Origin: a virus
Taxonomy: Duplodnaviria; Caudoviricetes
IMG/VR virus record: IMGVR_UViG_3300037501_000255
DNA: 64,000 nt
Reading direction: 5' to 3' (one strand)
Position numbers and translations under genes: made by a program. Positions 28,489 through 37,786 of the stretch are shown here, piece by piece. The notes under the pieces were generated by a model. It ran no database searches. It was not told where the DNA came from and saw only the letters and a program-made list of their open reading frames with translations. How positions within the stretch are numbered: the stretch's first letter is position 1; every line of letters starts with the position of its first letter.

Positions 28489-31400
28489 TTATGTAACAGT
28501 CCATGTACCCACCACGGAAACCGCAATCCATTCTGTGGTATTAATTGCCATAAGTTTTATGACGTTTCCAATTGTCGTTGCTTCTGCGGTACCACCGGAG
28601 GCTGATACCGTGCCGGCTATGCGTATTGTGTCCCCGGCAGCTGCTGTAATCTGAATTCCGTCAGCATCTTGCACAATAAAGGTGTACTCCAAACCGGGAA
28701 CGGCATCAGGGAGATTGAAGTTCACCTCTGCTGAGGCCCCCTCATTTGTGTATGCGGTACGAGAGTCGGAGGCTGTAGGACTTACATTTGCAGCAGTCTG
28801 AGCGCTGACTGGCACTTCTAGATATGTGTATTTGGCATGAATGCTGTTGAAACGCCTCGAAGCAGTGCCTACATCACCATGGCCGTCAGTCAGTGGAATT
28901 AGATCATAATCCCCTTGCATTTCTAGATTGCCGCCATCAAGGAATTTCCAAATAGCTGCGCCATTATCCCTAAGCCATAAGGGGTCTTCAGCGACGGTAA
29001 GATTATCAATATCTAGTGTTGCGCCGTGAGAGCCGGCAGAGCGATTAACCCCAACCCTGGCCGTGCCGGCATCAACAAGAAACAAATCTGGCCTGGTACC
29101 TGAGCCCTCGACCCTGAAGTCGACGTTGGCTGCATTATCATTAAAGACAATCTCAGTAGACCCAAACCTATTGATTCCAGAACCATCAGCAATAGTGAAG
29201 ACGGTGGTGCCGTTGTCGCGAGCCAAGAGGATAGGCGCTGCGACGTTTCCGTTGTCTGCAATCAGTGCAGCGGACGTGGTCACCGTAGGCGTGAACTGAA
29301 TAAGGTTGTCTGTCAGGAAGAACAATCCAGCAGTTCTGTTTGTGACACCGGCCGCGACGATGGCGGCTCCGGCGACAGCCATCATGGTTCCGGTAGTTGC
29401 TGTGCTGTACGCCTTTCCGAGCAGACCGATGTTCAGCGTTGAGGAGCCTTGTGCATCGGCAACCATGCCGACGTTGTAACCCGCAGTAGATCCCGAGGAA
29501 CCGGCCCACGCACCGTAGTTACCTGCTCCGAAGTAGTTGTTGATATCGAATACGTTTGCTCCGGTTCCAGTGATGCTGGAAAACGTAGCGAAGCTAATCT
29601 TCGGCCCACTACCAGAACCAGAAGTAGTAATGACCGCGCCGGATTGCGTAGTGGTCGCCGAGTTGAGCGTACTCGTGACACGCAATGCGTTGACGCCATC
29701 AGGCAAAGAACCGGCTTGGATATCAACAAAATGTCCGGGAGAGCTGGTGCCAATACCAACTCGATCAGTCGAAGCGTCGACGAACAGCAGGTTAGCGTTT
29801 GTGTCCCCCTCAACGCGGAAGTCGTAGTTGTTGCCGGGGTCGTTAACGACGAGCTCCGTAGTCGTCAACCGCGCTCGCTCTGCGTTGTTGGTACCAATGA
29901 CAATGGGACTTGCTTCGTTGGTGCCGATGAGAAGCGCTGCGGTTCCAAGACCTGATTGCAAGAGTTCGGCTGAGTTAGCGAGCGCCTGACCAAACCGAGT
30001 ACCTGGGAATGCGGTGCCATAGTTCCGCATCGCCATAACTGACGCGCCGTCAGAGTAGAGGCGAACCTCACCACCGGAAGCACTGTTGGTATTCTCGACG
30101 ATCAGTGAGTACCGGGCTGGGTCGGTCGATCGAACATAGACTTTGGCGGTGGCGCCAATGGTTGACGTACCGATGCCGAGAGCGTCGTTGGTGTCGTCCC
30201 AAAACAGGTTTGAAGGATCTGCTGAGAATGCCCCTGCGTTATTGAACTGAATTGCGCCCGTTGATCCGGCGGCGGCGGATGGAGTAGTTGCGGTTATCAT
30301 CCGAGTGCCATCAGGAAAAACAAATCCTGATCTTGGTATTACATAACCGTCAGATGATATCTTAGCTTGATAGGTATGTCCGTCACTAAATGACAGATAT
30401 CCATCATTGTAGATCTCTATCGCCCAATCCGCCGATATATATCCATCAGTTTCTGATGGAAGCGCTACTAGATGTAGCGAAGTCGGTCCGAAGTATCCAT
30501 CCTTCCATCTATAGGTTGGCGAGCCGAGACTGTACGCGTCATCTTCTAGTGGAATTAAGTCTACATTTATCGCTGTAGGTAGTAGATTAGATAGGTATCT
30601 ATTTGCTCCGCTTGAAACTGCTGAGGTGGCAATCCACGTTGATCCATCGCTATATTCTAATTCTGCGCCGCTCCAACGTATTGCGCCTGCTCCGGCCGAT
30701 ACAGCGGAGGCTGGTGTATAGCTCACTTTTGCAAATCCGGCAAAGTATCCATCTCCTGCTACATCCAATATATAGCTTGGGGAATTAGTGCCAATCCCTA
30801 CTCTGCCCAGCGCATCTACCAAAATTCTACTATTTAGCGATGTAGTCCCTGATGCAACTGTCTTGATATCGAAGGTGGTACCGAAATCTGAGCCGCTCCA
30901 TGAGCTAGCTGCTGCAATCTCAATACTGGCGCCAACATTAAAAGCCGAACTATCGTATCCATAGAAATCATGACGACCCAGTATAGTGCCGGCTGTAACT
31001 TCAGCAGATAGAGACTCTGTGCCTTCAGCTCTGTAGTGTGAAAGGACATGCGTGTCGGATTGTGTATTTGAGTACACTGTCCCGCGATATTCTGTTGGTG
31101 CTGATTCACGCAGCATTTGTGCCGTGCGTGTTAGATGAATATCTTGCCATCTCAGCGTCGCAGAGCCTATATCATAACTGTCCGTACTGGCTGGTAGCAA
31201 CGACGTATTTATACTCGTCGTAGTTAGATTTGAGAGAGCTGTGTTTGCTGCATTACCACTAGAGGCTGCGGTAATACGACCTTTACTGTCTACGGTAATA
31301 TTTGCAAATGTGTACGAGCCTGGGGATACGCTTGTTGTGTCAAGTGCCAGCGTCGCATTACCGCCGGGACCACCATCAACGAGTGTTAGATCGCCAGATG

Positions 31401-32793
31401 CTGGTGTAAGAACCCGTTCTTGTGTTAGCGTAGCATCTGTAGTTAGTGTTAGATAGTGCGCGGTAGCTGGGGCAGGCGATGCACCCGCTATCGCTGAAGT
31501 AATCCTGCCCTGTGCGTCAATGCTTAATTGTGGATTTGTATATGAGCCGGGGGATACTCCAGTAGAGGCAAGTCCTACCGTGACCGCTGCGCCGGGGCCG
31601 CCGTCGGCTATGGTTATCTGACCCGCCGCACCTGTCAATACGCGCTCTTGTGTTAGCGTGCCGTCGGCAACAAGAGTTACGTACTGCGCTGTTGTTGGCG
31701 CTCCACCTCCCCCGCCGCCAGTCTGCGCTGCCCATCTAACTCCTGTGGTTTGAGTAGAGTCCGCAGTGAGTACATATCCGTCAGCGCCAATCCCAATACG
31801 TGTATTGCCGAATGCTGTTCTGACTACTATATCACCTTTAGTTGTAGTTGGAGCTAAAGCATCGAATGCTGTGGCAGCGGAGGTCTGTCCTGTACCACCT
31901 TTTGATATTGGCAGTGTTCCGCTTATATTTCCAAGTGTAAGTGCAGATTCTACGACATCGATATCTATCTCATTATTGCCCGAATCAAGTGTAACTGAAA
32001 TCTTTGATGAACCAGAATTGATATTTCTAAATTGTAATATATGGTCAACTTTCTGCTTAAAAGGCCCTACACCACCTGCGCCGACATTTGCACCGGTATT
32101 TGCTTCACCTGAGTTTCCAACGTAATTATCGCGGATAAATTTTATTGTGAATCGTACATCCGTGCATGACACTACCTGTGATAATATCACAGATACCGTT
32201 TGTCCAATTGCAAATGTATTGCTTGTGGAGTGGATCTGGGTTTCCTCGGTTGAGGAGACTAGGTTGGGAGCACCCCCAAGTACAATACCGTCAATATACC
32301 CATCAAGTCGGCAATTTCCTGTACCGGATTGAGTTGTGATCGATTCTATTATGCCAGCAAATGGCGCATAGGTAATTAAGAAATATTCCTTATTATCAGG
32401 GGTTTCTATGTGGGCACTAATAAAGTCCGGATTTTCTCCGGTAGCCGCGCCCCACCGCAAGCCGGTAGCCTGAGTGGAGTCCGCTATGAGTAGATAGCCA
32501 TCTGCACCGACTTCTAGCTTGGCTAGGTCTGTGCTGTCACGTGTAAGCAAATCACCTGGATCTGTAAGTAGATAGGCTCCGCCAGCGCCCCCAATTCCAC
32601 CCTCGAGCGCATCAAGGCGTGAGCGTACAGTACCATGCGTGCTGCTGGGGTTAATCCCTAGCTCGGTTTCTACCGCGACCACGGCGTTGCGTATCCGATT
32701 GACATCATCGGCGCGAACCGGGCTAATCAAATCATAAACAAGTGGGAGCTGGGCATAGCCATCTATCCCCAGCGGGTATATTGTACCAGCCAT
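28489..32793 (-). CDS. Long mosaic tail fiber
   Basis: 1434 aa with the shared anchor N-terminus. Duplicated modules GDL...GADGYxLxADST (x2), TLTQERVLT...DGGPG...VSPGSYT (x2), ANxxLSNL...RW (x2) and DFRVEG...LFxVDA (x2). 9 DGY. Confidence 0.85.
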   Translation of the reverse strand: MAGTIYPLGIDGYAQLPLVYDLISPVRADDVNRIRNAVVAVETELGINPSSTHGTVRSRLDALEGGIGGAGGAYLLTDPGDLLTRDSTDLAKLEVGADGYLLIADSTQATGLRWGAATGENPDFISAHIETPDNKEYFLITYAPFAGIIESITTQSGTGNCRLDGYIDGIVLGGAPNLVSSTEETQIHSTSNTFAIGQTVSVILSQVVSCTDVRFTIKFIRDNYVGNSGEANTGANVGAGGVGPFKQKVDHILQFRNINSGSSKISVTLDSGNNEIDIDVVESALTLGNISGTLPISKGGTGQTSAATAFDALAPTTTKGDIVVRTAFGNTRIGIGADGYVLTADSTQTTGVRWAAQTGGGGGGAPTTAQYVTLVADGTLTQERVLTGAAGQITIADGGPGAAVTVGLASTGVSPGSYTNPQLSIDAQGRITSAIAGASPAPATAHYLTLTTDATLTQERVLTPASGDLTLVDGGPGGNATLALDTTSVSPGSYTFANITVDSKGRITAASSGNAANTALSNLTTTSINTSLLPASTDSYDIGSATLRWQDIHLTRTAQMLRESAPTEYRGTVYSNTQSDTHVLSHYRAEGTESLSAEVTAGTILGRHDFYGYDSSAFNVGASIEIAAASSWSGSDFGTTFDIKTVASGTTSLNSRILVDALGRVGIGTNSPSYILDVAGDGYFAGFAKVSYTPASAVSAGAGAIRWSGAELEYSDGSTWIATSAVSSGANRYLSNLLPTAINVDLIPLEDDAYSLGSPTYRWKDGYFGPTSLHLVALPSETDGYISADWAIEIYNDGYLSFSDGHTYQAKISSDGYVIPRSGFVFPDGTRMITATTPSAAAGSTGAIQFNNAGAFSADPSNLFWDDTNDALGIGTSTIGATAKVYVRSTDPARYSLIVENTNSASGGEVRLYSDGASVMAMRNYGTAFPGTRFGQALANSAELLQSGLGTAALLIGTNEASPIVIGTNNAERARLTTTELVVNDPGNNYDFRVEGDTNANLLFVDASTDRVGIGTSSPGHFVDIQAGSLPDGVNALRVTSTLNSATTTQSGAVITTSGSGSGPKISFATFSSITGTGANVFDINNYFGAGNYGAWAGSSGSTAGYNVGMVADAQGSSTLNIGLLGKAYSTATTGTMMAVAGAAIVAAGVTNRTAGLFFLTDNLIQFTPTVTTSAALIADNGNVAAPILLARDNGTTVFTIADGSGINRFGSTEIVFNDNAANVDFRVEGSGTRPDLFLVDAGTARVGVNRSAGSHGATLDIDNLTVAEDPLWLRDNGAAIWKFLDGGNLEMQGDYDLIPLTDGHGDVGTASRRFNSIHAKYTYLEVPVSAQTAANVSPTASDSRTAYTNEGASAEVNFNLPDAVPGLEYTFIVQDADGIQITAAAGDTIRIAGTVSASGGTAEATTIGNVIKLMAINTTEWIAVSVVGTWTVT

Positions 32794-32829
32794 AGAACAC
32801 CAGATAGTCTAACTGGTATATGTATTATT

Positions 32830-32837
32830 TATTAGTA
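32830..32837 (-). promoter_or_regulatory. Candidate late promoter TACTAATA
   Basis: 37 nt upstream of the long fiber start. Confidence 0.55.
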
Positions 32838-32838
32838 A

Positions 32839-33117
32839 TCACACATCTGCTGCACCAGTATATTCCGGCAGCGTTTTTAGCCAGTTATATACCTGCGTGT
32901 GCATATTTTCATCGACAGTTGGATCATACCCTGTCATGGAGAAGTACCGGCGCTCGATTACAGGAGTGATGCCGTCTTGGCTTTTTATCAAATCTGCAAA
33001 CACTCCAACGCACACATATATGTTTGATGGAGATGTAAATTGGGCCTCTAGAACCTTGTGCACTGCGTCCGGCGCAGTTAGGCCATTTGCAAATGTTGCT
33101 GATAATTGTAATGACAT
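32839..33117 (-). CDS. Tail-fiber-associated small protein
   Basis: Probable start MSLQLS at 33117 (SD AGGAG). Paralog of the 9326-9877 N-terminal domain. Confidence 0.6.
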   Translation of the reverse strand: MSLQLSATFANGLTAPDAVHKVLEAQFTSPSNIYVCVGVFADLIKSQDGITPVIERRYFSMTGYDPTVDENMHTQVYNWLKTLPEYTGAADV

Positions 33118-33119
33118 AT

Positions 33120-33311
33120 TTACTCCTGATTTAGTGAGGCCACCCAATTATCCACTTCATCTCTAAGGTCTGGGTTAGCTTCATCTAGTCTTGATAGTTG
33201 AAGATTGAAAATTCTCATCTCTCTTCTTTTAAAGGGCGAATCTGGCAGCATAGTTATGTGTTCTATGTTTTTTATTATATCGTATCTTTGCCGTATAAGT
33301 TCCTGGTCCAT
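33120..33311 (-). CDS. Hypothetical protein
   Basis: 63 aa, SD GAGGG, tightly packed between neighbours. Confidence 0.55.
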   Translation of the reverse strand: MDQELIRQRYDIIKNIEHITMLPDSPFKRREMRIFNLQLSRLDEANPDLRDEVDNWVASLNQE

Positions 33312-33320
33312 CGTACCCTC

Positions 33321-35492
33321 TCAGATTATATCCCATCCACTGCCATATGATTGCAGTGTTATCGAAGTATATTGAACTGTAACGTTGTATGTGGCAGCGG
33401 CGTCTATCGTATCGAGCCCGCTGGCTACAATAGAGACGTTATTCGATGATGCGTCGACTTTTTTGATTACATATACTCTGCCTGTGCATGTCGCCGCAGC
33501 TGGCAGGGTAATGGTTTTGGGGCCGGAAGTAGCATCTACTCTAACCGTATGATATGATGCATCGAGAGTTGTATCTGTGCTTATTGTAGCAGTGGCCTTG
33601 GTTATAGATCCTAATACACGTAGTTCATTGGTGGATGCATATCCGTCGATTAATATATTTTGAGATACTGAAATATTTGATTCTAAATGTGTGAAGTCTG
33701 ATCTGAACCATGCTTTTTCGTCTCCATCCACAGTTACGCGCAAACCCGGCACTGGTGTGTTGTCAGCGGTAAGGCGCGTGGCCGTCGCTCCTGCAAAAGA
33801 TAGCCATGTATTGGCAGCTATGCTGGTTGCACCGCCACCCCAGGTCTGTACAATTTGCCCATCAGCCATCATGGTGATGCCCCAGGTGGGCTCATCTAAA
33901 GCTAAGAAGTTGCCATTGACACCCCATGTGCCAGAATAATTTCCTATACCCGGCACTCCCGCACTTCCCGGAATATTTCCAAAAATACGAATGTAGCGAT
34001 CTCCATAAGGTTCGGCTGGGTCATGTACTTGTAATTCATTTGGCCTAAACTCTGCCAGAATCCTGCCAGTTGCTGCTGGCGCCGTACCTACCGTGCCTGA
34101 ATCTACAATGGTTAAGGCCGAGCTATCTGAGGCGACCTGATTTTTCGCACCTATGATAGTTGCGTGCCTGAATGACGAACCATATGGAATGCTATCGTCC
34201 TGTCCAAGCATTGCAAAGTTGCCGTCTGCTCTGAAACCAAATCCCGATCCTGTATCTCCGATCATGGAGAGGCTGCCGCCCCATGTGGGCATAGATAGAG
34301 GGGTCGGCACATTTGCTAGTGTAATTGCGCCGGTCATCGGGCTATTTGCACCATCAAGTCTTAGATAGAACCCCGCTAATGAATTGATACCTGTTAGATA
34401 GGAGTTGTCTGGTAGTACTATTCCAGACGAGGTTTTTATGTAACCATCAACATCAAGTCTGGCCGATGGCGTTGATGTAGCCAAGCCTATATATCCATCA
34501 TCTGTAATTGTTATGGCATTACTTGTGCCGGATATTACAAAGTTTCCTGAACTATCTAGTCCTAGTTTCCAGTCTGCGTCTGCACCGACCTCGGCAGCTG
34601 TACCCACAAGGTGTAGTGATGATGGTCCGAAATAACCGTCCTTCCAACGCAATGAAGGTGCTCCTACTGAGCGGGTCAAGTCTGTATTCGGTAACAGATC
34701 TTGATTTATTGATGTTATACCGAGATTTGACAGCGAAGTATTTGCTCCGCCAGAGATACCGAGTATATGCTCAGCAATATCATCAATTGCATCTGCAATT
34801 CTAGTTGTCGACGTAAAGCCGAAATATCCATCAGAAAAGTATCCGTCAGAAGGTTGTCCTAGAAGTAGTGATTCAGATATGATATTTGTCAGAGCGTCTA
34901 GTGCTGTATAACCATCTGCATTTGTTTTATATATAACAACTACGTCGGTTTTGAGATCTGTGCCTGGTAGTGTGTACAATTTGTTTGATACGACACTCTT
35001 CTTTTTATATTCTACAAAATATCCGGCAATCCTACCGCTGCTGCTCATTTGAGCTGTGAGCTTGCCATTTGAATTGACGTACAATTCTGTGTTTGGTAGC
35101 AGGGTATGATTTATCGATGAATCCAGGGCATCTATGCTGATGGTATAAAAACCCTCTGTGCCCCATATAGTAGCTTTACTGCTAACTTGCTCGTATGATA
35201 TGATGCCATATCCGGTTGAGAAGAGCGATGTTTGCTCTGTTGCCACTCCTGATAGACCGCCGCCATTTGCACTGGGATCAGCAAAAAAGAATGGCCCTGC
35301 GTCATCGGAGTTGGCCAGTCTGAATCCGGTTCTATCCGTATCGACATATATATCTGTTGCAGATTTTTCTACCACAGATACTGCTTTCTTATCGAAGACA
35401 ACGACCTCGCCACCTTTAATAAGGCTTAGTTGACTATCATCGAAGTCAAACTGCCCAAGTGGTATGAGTCCGGATTGAAATGGCTTAATCAT
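33321..35492 (-). CDS. Capsid-decoration domain fused to fiber modules (putative head fiber)
   Basis: First ~190 aa align with 50104-50775 (PFQSGLIPLGQFDFDD...GGEV; SSKATIWGTEGFY; LLPNTELYVNSNGKL). The remainder consists of fiber modules. 7 DGY. Confidence 0.7.
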   Translation of the reverse strand: MIKPFQSGLIPLGQFDFDDSQLSLIKGGEVVVFDKKAVSVVEKSATDIYVDTDRTGFRLANSDDAGPFFFADPSANGGGLSGVATEQTSLFSTGYGIISYEQVSSKATIWGTEGFYTISIDALDSSINHTLLPNTELYVNSNGKLTAQMSSSGRIAGYFVEYKKKSVVSNKLYTLPGTDLKTDVVVIYKTNADGYTALDALTNIISESLLLGQPSDGYFSDGYFGFTSTTRIADAIDDIAEHILGISGGANTSLSNLGITSINQDLLPNTDLTRSVGAPSLRWKDGYFGPSSLHLVGTAAEVGADADWKLGLDSSGNFVISGTSNAITITDDGYIGLATSTPSARLDVDGYIKTSSGIVLPDNSYLTGINSLAGFYLRLDGANSPMTGAITLANVPTPLSMPTWGGSLSMIGDTGSGFGFRADGNFAMLGQDDSIPYGSSFRHATIIGAKNQVASDSSALTIVDSGTVGTAPAATGRILAEFRPNELQVHDPAEPYGDRYIRIFGNIPGSAGVPGIGNYSGTWGVNGNFLALDEPTWGITMMADGQIVQTWGGGATSIAANTWLSFAGATATRLTADNTPVPGLRVTVDGDEKAWFRSDFTHLESNISVSQNILIDGYASTNELRVLGSITKATATISTDTTLDASYHTVRVDATSGPKTITLPAAATCTGRVYVIKKVDASSNNVSIVASGLDTIDAAATYNVTVQYTSITLQSYGSGWDII

Positions 35493-35495
35493 TGT

Positions 35496-35711
35496 TTATA
35501 TTCCTGGTAATCCTGACTTAAGCTTCCCTATCTTAGCCTCGGCTTCCTGTCGCGCTTTTCTTATTCTTTCTTCTATATCTGCACCAAGATCTTTTGTAGA
35601 TTGTCTTGCTGGCAATGCCTGAGTGGAACCGGAGGCGATGATGCTTGCCAGCTTTGATAATGTAATATTCATTTGCTTAAGTTCATTCAGTATTTGTTCA
35701 TTTATATCCAT
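35496..35711 (-). CDS. Small coiled-coil hypothetical protein
   Basis: 71-aa helical ORF, tightly packed. Confidence 0.55.
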   Translation of the reverse strand: MDINEQILNELKQMNITLSKLASIIASGSTQALPARQSTKDLGADIEERIRKARQEAEAKIGKLKSGLPGI

Positions 35712-35715
35712 ATGA

Positions 35716-36024
35716 CTATCCTCTTATCTCTGCAAGTCCAGATGGTAGAAGTATTATTCCCTCTCTGATTTGATACGGCTCACCTCGTCTGTGCCAGAAT
35801 AGGCGCACTCCGCTACTAGTGAGATATCTGCCCTCGATAATTCTATCTCCGGCGTGCACTTCATTGTGGCATGAGCCGCAGATATGCGCAATATTAGACG
35901 GCAAGTCTGTGCATCGCGGATCTGTCCGCGGAATCATGTGGTGCCGCTCGATAGCCGAGCGGCTATACAGAGCGCACATTTCACAAGTATTCTGACTGTG
36001 TTGCATAATAAATTCGTCGTCCAC
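35716..36024 (-). CDS. Small HNH endonuclease
   Basis: CEMC...ERHHMIPR...SNIAHICGSCHNEVH: HNH motif with CxxC Zn ligands. Confidence 0.85.
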   Translation of the reverse strand: MDDEFIMQHSQNTCEMCALYSRSAIERHHMIPRTDPRCTDLPSNIAHICGSCHNEVHAGDRIIEGRYLTSSGVRLFWHRRGEPYQIREGIILLPSGLAEIRG

Positions 36025-36054
36025 TATTTCAAATTTTTTTGCAGAAAAAGCGAT

Positions 36055-36885
36055 CTATAAGATCACGGGGCCGCCGGGGGAATATACCTTCCCGTGCTTC
36101 TTCAGCCACCCGGATACTGCTTCATATCCCTCACTGATCATATCCAGGACATCAGCCTCGGTCATCCCAAGATTTAAACCACCATGCTTACTTTTAATCA
36201 GGATCACCCTGTGATCTGGCACATCTTCTATACGCTCAGCAGCATTGGCCTCTAGCATAGTATCAATTACTGCACTTGTATAATCAAATGCATTTCTGAT
36301 TGGATCATATTTTCCCTTGACAGATTTAAACCGTATACCTATGACCTGGGCTTCGCTACCGAAATAATCGATCATGAAATTTCCGGCTAGTCCACCATCA
36401 ACATAAGTCTCACCATCCAGTTTAACTGGCACAAAAACCCCTGGTATAGACATACTCGCACGCACAGCTAGAGATACATCCATATCAGGATGCTTATTTG
36501 TGCTGAATACCCGCATTTCTCTACGATCTATATTGCACGTGACTACATGGAGCGGTATCTTTGTATCCTTAAACTTTTTGACAAGATATTTATCCAATGT
36601 CTCCTCGATCTTTTCGCCTTTTATGAATCCCCATTTTGTCATTAGAGCCCAAATTGATGGATCTACCAATTTATTTTTAGCTGGTAAGGTCTTCTTGACC
36701 ATCTCAATTAATTCGCCATTCGGCTTATATCCCGACGCTAGTGCTGCTGCAATAATTGCGCCGCCACTAGTACCCACAACCTCTTCAAATTCAAAACCCG
36801 CCTCAGCAAGCCGTATAACAGCTCCAACATGTGCGGGATATAAGGTACCTGAACCAGACAATACTAGTTTAATTTTTTTTGACAT
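36055..36885 (-). CDS. Patatin-like phospholipase
   Basis: Gly-rich loop VLSGSGTLYPAHVG, nucleophile elbow GTSGG, ASMSIPGVFVP and catalytic YVDGG. Confidence 0.92.
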   Translation of the reverse strand: MSKKIKLVLSGSGTLYPAHVGAVIRLAEAGFEFEEVVGTSGGAIIAAALASGYKPNGELIEMVKKTLPAKNKLVDPSIWALMTKWGFIKGEKIEETLDKYLVKKFKDTKIPLHVVTCNIDRREMRVFSTNKHPDMDVSLAVRASMSIPGVFVPVKLDGETYVDGGLAGNFMIDYFGSEAQVIGIRFKSVKGKYDPIRNAFDYTSAVIDTMLEANAAERIEDVPDHRVILIKSKHGGLNLGMTEADVLDMISEGYEAVSGWLKKHGKVYSPGGPVIL

Positions 36886-36902
36886 AAAATCCTCGAAATA
36901 TG

Positions 36903-37061
36903 TTAAGTGCCGGCCTCGCCCGCGCGCTTAGCTTTTTTAATCAATGATTCAACAACGGTCTTAGTAAGGCCTAACTCTTTAACTTTTATCTTTTTAATAG
37001 GTTCAGCGACCGACTCCTGCGCAGTCCCAGATGAACTAATATCAATTAATTTTATTTTCAT
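36903..37061 (-). CDS. Small basic protein (52 aa; below ORF-track cutoff)
   Basis: MKIKLIDISSSGTAQESVAEPIKKIKVKELGLTKTVVESLIKKAKRAGEAGT. ATGA overlap with the upstream stop; fills the gap exactly. Confidence 0.6.
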   Translation of the reverse strand: MKIKLIDISSSGTAQESVAEPIKKIKVKELGLTKTVVESLIKKAKRAGEAGT

Positions 37062-37786
37062 GACACATCCTCATACCATCTATATAGAATACCTATCCTA
37101 ACATCAGATACTCCAACGCTAGTATAAGTTGTTCGCAAGAAAAGCCCACTCGCCACGGGAGCTACTGTAGGCATAATGATGTTATCGTTGTAATCTCCTT
37201 CTGGAACATGGTAACTATCAACATACTTGACTAGTTCAATTGGAGTTCCTACTGGTAAACCGTACAACGTATGCAATCCTAGGATATTATTTTTATCAAC
37301 AACACTAAAGCTCACCTCATCCCCATCAGCCGCACCGCGAATCCAGAATTGGCCACCTTGTATTAGCGATTGATTAGTAATCTCTACATCTAGTATAGTC
37401 GAAGTTCCTGCTGCAGCAGCAAGCCTATATCCTTTAAGACGAGCATGCTCACTGGTAGTTAGAAATGTTGGTGAATATACAGGGTGACCGTACGTAACAC
37501 CATCGCCAGCGCGCGGCTGCACGCTACGATTACACAGCGCCTTGCTATTTGTTTCAAAATCTGAAACCCACGCATCATTATCAACTTGAGCTATACCAAT
37601 ATTTTGTGGAACAGCTCCTCGGTATAACGTTGCGGTATATACAATTGGGCCGTCAAAAGCAAAAATTTCGTAAATATCTGCATATTCATCAAGCTGCATC
37701 AACATGAATTTTGAATTACATATAGACTTAAAGTCTGGCCAGGTTTTAGGTATGCTGACGAAGCCGGAACCAATCATCACTGTCAT
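37058..37786 (-). CDS. Putative virion structural protein
   Basis: 242 aa, ATGA-coupled, with a beta-rich C-terminal jelly-roll-like part. Confidence 0.55.
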   Translation of the reverse strand: MTVMIGSGFVSIPKTWPDFKSICNSKFMLMQLDEYADIYEIFAFDGPIVYTATLYRGAVPQNIGIAQVDNDAWVSDFETNSKALCNRSVQPRAGDGVTYGHPVYSPTFLTTSEHARLKGYRLAAAAGTSTILDVEITNQSLIQGGQFWIRGAADGDEVSFSVVDKNNILGLHTLYGLPVGTPIELVKYVDSYHVPEGDYNDNIIMPTVAPVASGLFLRTTYTSVGVSDVRIGILYRWYEDVS

